From an uncultured Planctomycetota bacterium (GTDB lineage Bacteria; Planctomycetota; Planctomycetia; Isosphaerales; Isosphaeraceae): a stretch of 64,000 nt of DNA. The stretch is from contig CAWJTV010000032.1 of the NCBI GenBank assembly GCA_963845755.1, positions 32,001-96,000 on the forward strand, read 5' to 3'. Made by a program: the position numbers and the translations under genes. The notes under the pieces were generated by a model, which was not told the DNA's origin, did not search any database, and worked only from the letters and a program-made list of their open reading frames with translations. Shown piece after piece: positions 59,472 to 64,000 of the stretch (the stretch's first letter is position 1; each line of letters opens with the position of its first letter).

Positions 59472-59918
59472 TTAACTAATAGTACGGCTGGGAGCCCTGC
59501 AACGCCAGTCACTGATCGTTGGCGCCGTGACATGCACGCCGACTCCCAGCCGCGCCAGGCTACTCTTTCCCTCGACTCGCGCCGCGATGCGTGAACGAAG
59601 GGGCAGATAGATGCGCTGTTCGGTAAATCCCAGGACAAAGGACCTCGGCGGCAGGTCGTGCCCCTGCGGGCCGATCAGCACAGATTCGGTGTAGTTGTCG
59701 CTATAAATCAATTCCTTGATATCAAATCCGCTGGCGTGAGGTCGTATTGACGCGGGTTGACCGGTCGGCGAGCTTCTGAGGGGCTTCCATTTCCTGATGC
59801 TGCTGTCCAGCGTCAAATCGATGGCGGTCAACGTCCAGTGTTGGGGGTCGGGCCTGGGCCTGATGACGATCTGGCCGTGCTCGATCGCAGCCAGGATTTC
59901 TCGATCGCTGAGTATCAT
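59472..59918 (-). pseudogene. dcd: dCTP deaminase (dUTPase-fold Dcd), C-terminally truncated
   Basis: MILSDREI, AIDLTL, RVEGKSSLARLG-x-x-VHVTAPTI; similarity ends there. Confidence 0.8.
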
Positions 59919-60212
59919 ACCGCCACCGGTTCGATCTCATGCCAGAGCTCGCCGAACCTTACCCAGGCCCGGTTCGTGCCCTGACCCGGACTCGACGGGA
60001 AACTCGATGAGCGCGAGCCGCTTTCTCCGATCGATCTTGACGATCCCGACGGGAAGGTAATCCTCAGACCCACGACGGCGGATCATATTCTTGGGCACGT
60101 TGATCTGGTGCAATCGTCCTTCGGCATCCCTCAACTCCGCGATCCGGTCCAGGGGAGGCACGACTTCTTGGACTTCGCAACGAACTTCCGGATAATACGT
60201 GACCTCATCCAT
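59915..60212 (-). CDS. Hypothetical protein coupled to dcd; probable frameshift near the 3' end
   Basis: GGAG RBS; alternative frame NRAWVRFGELWHEIEPVAV* ends in an ATGA overlap with dcd. Confidence 0.55.
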
Positions 60213-60411
60213 CTCCTACCACTCCCTCAAAGGTGGCCTGGAATTGAGCCGACAGTGTGAATGTCAGTATAGTATCACCCGGGGAGCCGCGGTCAACGAA
60301 TTATTGCTCGACCACTCTGTCGCGCCGACTGGATGGTTTTCTCACTCGGCGACGTCGCAACATGACCAGCAATCGTAATCGTCGTCATGATCCGCCGGTT
60401 CGCGGAAGTTG

Positions 60412-60621
60412 TGGGTCATCGATCAATACCAGGTCAAGCCCATTACCGGCCTCGGAGGCGATCGCACTTCCGACCCCTACCGGCCCGACGACCCCGAATC
60501 CATCGTCCGCCTCGTCGGCCAGGTCGTGCGGGTGAGCATCGAGACGGTCAAGATCGTCGAGGGTCTACCACCGGCTTTCGGATGGCCGGAAGAGGCCCAG
60601 ACCGAGAACGGAACGGTCTGA
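60412..60621 (+). repeat. Type ISP 3'-tail copy 2 (longest)
   Basis: WVIDQYQVK...TSDPYRPDDPESIVRLVGQVVRVSIETVKIVEGLP, matching the LlaBIII-type C-terminal pattern. Confidence 0.9.
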
Positions 60622-60789
60622 GATCAGCAACCGTCTTCCCGTTTTCGCCAGAGCCAGAAGCGACACAAAGAAACTCGGTACGAGGCGCGTATCCGCCGGT
60701 GATTCTCATCGGAGATGGACCCATTCCTCCCGGGTAAGATAGAATCCAGACGTTGAGATCGCGTCGTTGACCGAGCTGGAGTCCTCGAC

Positions 60790-61083
60790 ATGAACCGAAC
60801 GGCCATCCTCGACCGTCTGAAGGCGGAAATCCCCACCCTGCGCCAGACATACGGGATCCGCTCCTTGGCCGTGTTCGGCTCGATGGCTCGGGGCGACGAT
60901 CGGGAAGGCAGTGATGTGGACATCCTCGTCACGTTCGACGGCAAGCCGGACTTCGACCGTTTCATGGGCCTGAAGCTCGACCTCGAGGACATGCTCGGCC
61001 GCCCGGTCGATCTGGGTACCCCCGATACACTCCGGCCCGAGATGCGGGCGGAAGTCGAGAGGGACCTCATCCATGTCTCGTGA
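60790..61083 (+). CDS. Minimal nucleotidyltransferase (MNT antitoxin)
   Basis: LAVFGSMARG...SDVDILV; LEDMLGRPVDL. Confidence 0.9.
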   Translation: MNRTAILDRLKAEIPTLRQTYGIRSLAVFGSMARGDDREGSDVDILVTFDGKPDFDRFMGLKLDLEDMLGRPVDLGTPDTLRPEMRAEVERDLIHVS

Positions 61084-61410
61084 CTGGCAAGCCTATCTGG
61101 ACGACATGAGAATAGCCTGCGAGAAGGTGATACGGTTCACCGCCGGCATGGATCGCCAAGCGTTCTTCGCCGATGACCGGACGTACCATGCCGCGATCCA
61201 TTGCCTCCTCATCGTCGGCGAGGCCGCCAAACGCATCCCGGACGACGTGCGCTGCGCATCCCTCAGGTGGAATGGCGTAAGATCGCCGGAATGCGCGATT
61301 GGCTGGCTCATGCCTACTTTTCGATCAACAACGACATTCTCTGGGACGTGATCGAATCGAAAGTTCCTGAGCTGTCGCGCGCACTCGAGGCGTTTCAGCA
61401 GCAGGGGTAG
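61073..61410 (+). CDS. HepT-like/DUF86 HEPN ribonuclease toxin; frameshift ~61250
   Basis: YLDDM, IVGEAAKRIP, WRKIAGMRDWLAHAYF (Rx4H), ILWDVI. Confidence 0.85.
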
Positions 61411-61413
61411 ACC

Positions 61414-61765
61414 ATGGCCGTCAGACGCGGGACGACGCGACACGAGAAACGCGCTGTGAAGCCGAGCGTCCTCCGCGACATCGTGCGCCGCGTCGTCGAG
61501 GTGGCCCAGCCCGAGAAGATCATTCTGTTCGGCTCGGCTGCGGCGGGGAGATGGGACCCGACAGCGATGTCGATCTGCTGGTCATCAAAGGAGGCCGATT
61601 TCAACGGGGACGGCTCGTCGAAAAGATTTACAGCAACATGCACGGGGCGAGAGAGGCCGTCAACATCATCGTCGTCACCCGGAAGAGGTGGAACGCTATC
61701 GCGACACGCCGTGTCTGGTCATCTATCCGGCGTTGCGCGAGGGAAAGGTGATCTATGGGGCGTAA
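61414..61765 (+). CDS. Second MNT nucleotidyltransferase, frameshifted, no HEPN partner downstream
   Basis: PEKIILFGSAA, DSDVDLLVI, ALREGKVIYGA*. Confidence 0.75.
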
Positions 61766-61938
61766 ACTGGAGGTGAGCGGGACCGAGGTCTCAGGCGAAT
61801 TGGGACGCCGCCATCGGGAGAAAGTCGCGCAAGCGCTGCTCAATCCGTTCGGATGGGACGCGTACGTCGTGGTCTGTGCCTTCTCATCCCGAGGTCACCG
61901 GATTCGCTTCTCGTTTCACCGAGCGGAGGAATCGACCG

Positions 61939-62319
61939 ATGGCTAAGCGCCCCTCAAAGCCCTACGGAGAACGGATCAAGGGATTGATGGCCGAGAAGTC
62001 GCGGCTGCTTTCCCAGGCCCAGGCCTTCGAGGATATGGGCCTGGAGGAGACGGCCCGACCCGTGTGGTCTTGCGCCGCGTCGTATGAAGAGCGGATCGCG
62101 CCGCTGCTCGATGTGATCGGCCGCGACGCCGAAGCGGCCCTGCACCGCGTCAGCGCCGCCGCCTGCTACGAGAAGTCCGGTGACTGGAGCCGTGCGACCA
62201 ATCTCTACCGTGCGGCGCTGGCCGGTCCGATGCCGGACGCGGCCAGGGCGGATGTGCAGCGAAAGCTATCGGCCTGCCTCGAGCAACTTCATCAGGCCGC
62301 GGTCGGCTCGGTCGTCTGA
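61939..62319 (+). CDS. Hypothetical all-helical (TPR-like) protein
   Basis: GGAGG RBS; SAAACYEKSGDWSRATNLYRAAL pattern. Confidence 0.6.
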   Translation: MAKRPSKPYGERIKGLMAEKSRLLSQAQAFEDMGLEETARPVWSCAASYEERIAPLLDVIGRDAEAALHRVSAAACYEKSGDWSRATNLYRAALAGPMPDAARADVQRKLSACLEQLHQAAVGSVV

Positions 62320-62327
62320 GGTCATCC

Positions 62328-62406
62328 GCCCCGGCGGCGACCGCACTTCCGACCCCAACCGGCCCGACGACCCCGAGTCCATCGTCCGCCTCGTCGGCCA
62401 GGTCGT
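62328..62406 (+). repeat. Type ISP 3'-tail copy 3 (79 bp, truncated)
   Basis: 78/79 identical to 55880-55958. Confidence 0.9.
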
Positions 62407-62477
62407 TAGCTTCCGAACTCCTCCTCCTGCCGCACGAGGCGGCAGGGGTCGGTGTCTCCAGTTACCTTTGCCACCGT

Positions 62478-62520
62478 AAAAAAATAACCCGACTGAGGCC
62501 TTTCGGCGGGTCAGCCGGGT
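62478..62520 (-). terminator. Probable intrinsic terminator downstream of hicB
   Basis: Minus strand ACCCGGCTGA...TCAGTCGGGT hairpin followed by TATTTTTTT. Confidence 0.55.
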
Positions 62521-62619
62521 AAGAAGTATTGAAACTATCGTGCATTCCTCGAGAAAAATGAACCTCGATTCGTCCAACGATGGCCGCGGCGGGCTGGAGC
62601 CCCTGCGCTGCCCGCTTGG

Positions 62620-62835
62620 TCAGGCGTCGACCTCGACGTATTCCACACGACTCGACGGCTCGGGGATGGGTAAACCGTCTTCTGCCATCCCCTCCAGGTG
62701 CAGCGCGATGGCCTCGCGGATCAGACGCTCGACTTCTTGCTCCGACTCGCCCGTGGCCACGCACCCCGGCAGGTCCGGCACGTAGGCCGCAAGGTTCGTC
62801 CCCGCATCCTCGATGACGATCGCGTACCGCTTCAT
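62620..62835 (-). CDS. hicB: HicB family antitoxin
   Basis: YVPDLPGCVATGES...IREAIALHLEGM...GLPIPEP. Confidence 0.9.
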   Translation of the reverse strand: MKRYAIVIEDAGTNLAAYVPDLPGCVATGESEQEVERLIREAIALHLEGMAEDGLPIPEPSSRVEYVEVDA

Positions 62836-62848
62836 CGTCCCTCCGCCC

Positions 62849-63294
62849 TCAATCGTCCCAGCCAGCCTGCTTGAAAATGCTACTCAGTGTCGGTTCCAAA
62901 AGCCCCAGAGGGGCGACCGGACGTAGCCAGGGGCGTGAGCCCCTGGACGATCGACCGCGACCCCCTCGACCGTCGTTCGAGCCCCGGAGGGGCGACAGAC
63001 GTCCTCAGGGCCACAGGGTGTCTGTCGCCCCTCCGGGGCTCCCGGATCGGAGGAACTCCCCTCGTCCAGGGGCTCACGCCCCTGGCTACGTGCTTCCGCC
63101 CCCATCCGGGGGCTCAGGAAGGGACTTATGGAACAGACTCTCAACGTGCCGGGCGGGATGGTATGGCTCGGCTTCCCCGAAACGGTGACGCGACCGGGCT
63201 TCGTCGGATGTTTGAACTGAGAGTGATCGCCCTTCGACTTGACCCTGGCCCAGCCGTCGGCTCGGAGCCGACGGAGTATTTCGCTGACCTTCAT
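62849..63294 (-). pseudogene. hicA: HicA toxin interrupted by a 254-bp MITE
   Basis: DGW...KGDHSQFKHPTKPGRVTV...IPPGTL, then after the insert SSIFKQAGWDD*. Excision restores a 62-aa ORF. Confidence 0.9.
62887..63140. mobile_element. 254-bp MITE with 16-bp TIRs, TCA target duplication and nested REP-like palindromes
   Basis: Left end GTGTCGGTTCCAAAAG, right end (rc) GAGTCTGTTCCATAAG; TCA at 62884-62886 and 63141-63143; inner CCAGGGGCGTGAGCCCCTGG and GCCCCGGAGGGGC units in mirrored order. Confidence 0.88.
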
Positions 63295-63435
63295 GCCGTG
63301 AGGCTATCGGATCGCGAATCAGTCGGTCAAGGAGGGACACGGCGACACATCTGACAACGGGACGGGTCGACAATGACTTCCGTCCGGCTTCGCCCCACGA
63401 TTTCGGAGACTCCTCGTTGAACGCCACCACGATTT

Positions 63436-63600
63436 GCCCCGAAGGGGCAGCCACAAACCAGCCCGGGGCAACGCCCCGGGGACCGAAGAACCCTCCCCGG
63501 AACAGCCCTGAAAGGGCGGCCCAAGAACGGTCGCCTGGCCCGCCTTGTGTCGCCCCTTCAGGGCTGGGATTGGGGGTGGGCGACCGAGTCCCGGGGCGTT
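63436..63600. repeat. REP/REPIN-like nested palindrome cluster, cut on the right by an IS
   Basis: GCCCCGAAGGGGC, CCCGGGGCAACGCCCCGGG, GCCCTGAAAGGGC, mirrored copies, then a half-palindrome CCCGGGGCGTT. Confidence 0.78.
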
Positions 63601-64000
63601 CAACTTATTCCATTTGGAACGTAAGTCCTTGTCGATTCACGATCCGCACAGCATTGATCAGCAGTTTGGCCCAGACCCAACGCCACACCCGCCACGACCG
63701 GCGCACCCAGGCCGGCAGCGGACCCAGGCCGCCACCGAAGGAGGTCGCCTGGCCGAAGGATCGCTCGATCGCGCTGCGCATCGCGTAGAGGCTCTTCCCG
63801 AAATCTCCCTGCAACAGCTCGATGCAGCGGAGGCGGTACGGGCTTTGGCGGCGGTGTCCCAGTCCGGCCTTGGGGTCCTCGCCGGGGCTACCAACTGGTA
63901 GCCCGCGGCGCCCGCCGCGTCGAAGACCGGGTTGGCGTCGTACTCGCCATCGCCCAGCACGTAGCCACCGCCGCCGCAGTCGGCCAATTCCGGCAGCAAC
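63601..64000 (-). mobile_element. 3' end of an IS4/IS5-superfamily DDE transposase and IS end (runs off the window)
   Basis: LGDGEYD and YAMRSAIERSF (Y-x2-R-x3-E); stop at 63605; frameshift ~63880. Confidence 0.75.

Noticed and set aside
42040..59918. thyA-folA plus dcd as one nucleotide-modification system
   Set aside because: They are 16 kb apart; thyA-folA looks like housekeeping genes, and dcd is truncated cargo within the array.
55877..62406. Tail repeats as a CRISPR array, DGR template/variable repeats or integron attC sites
   Set aside because: The repeats are 79-210 bp, protein-coding and kilobases apart. Differences are not adenine-restricted, and no cas, reverse transcriptase or intI gene is in the window.
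62522..62540. GTTTCAATAC on the minus strand resembling a CRISPR repeat start or tracrRNA
   Set aside because: It is a single short occurrence with no array or cas gene.
488..64000. Numerous frameshifts as programmed frameshifting or mass pseudogenisation
   Set aside because: They are small indels spread across all gene types, including a homopolymer slip in the thyA catalytic motif. Uncorrected long-read error is the simpler explanation.

Overview
High-GC chromosomal window, almost certainly from a Planctomycete (Isosphaeraceae-like). The taxonomic call is inferred from LE-x-R-x-(V/L)LS exoproteins, a DUF1549/DUF1553-DUF1501 pair, several C-terminally extended ECF sigma factors and Ser/Thr kinases. 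Many genes carry small indels, including housekeeping thyA, so most frameshifts are treated as long-read errors. Bases 1-52 kb hold signalling, exoprotein and metabolic genes with scattered defence and toxin-antitoxin (TA) islets: GmrSD, Panacea, ParD, MNT-HEPN. Bases 52-64 kb are a defence/TA hotspot built on a broken type ISP-like restriction-modification (R-M) gene. Its 5' part stops at 53518. Three diverged copies of its 3' tail (55877, 60412, 62328) separate blocks of cargo: a PNP-NB-ARC NLR-like gene; dCTP deaminase, N6-methyltransferase and HNH; MNT-HepT; and hicAB. A similar orphan gene tail (amidohydrolase) follows GmrSD. A second notable signal is a MITE family with 16-bp TIRs (GAGTCTGTTCCnnAAG) and a TGA/TCA target duplication. 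It carries different REP-like palindromes at two sites: one disrupts hicA, the other is inserted in frame in a protein. All family names come from motif recognition by eye; no database searches were run.
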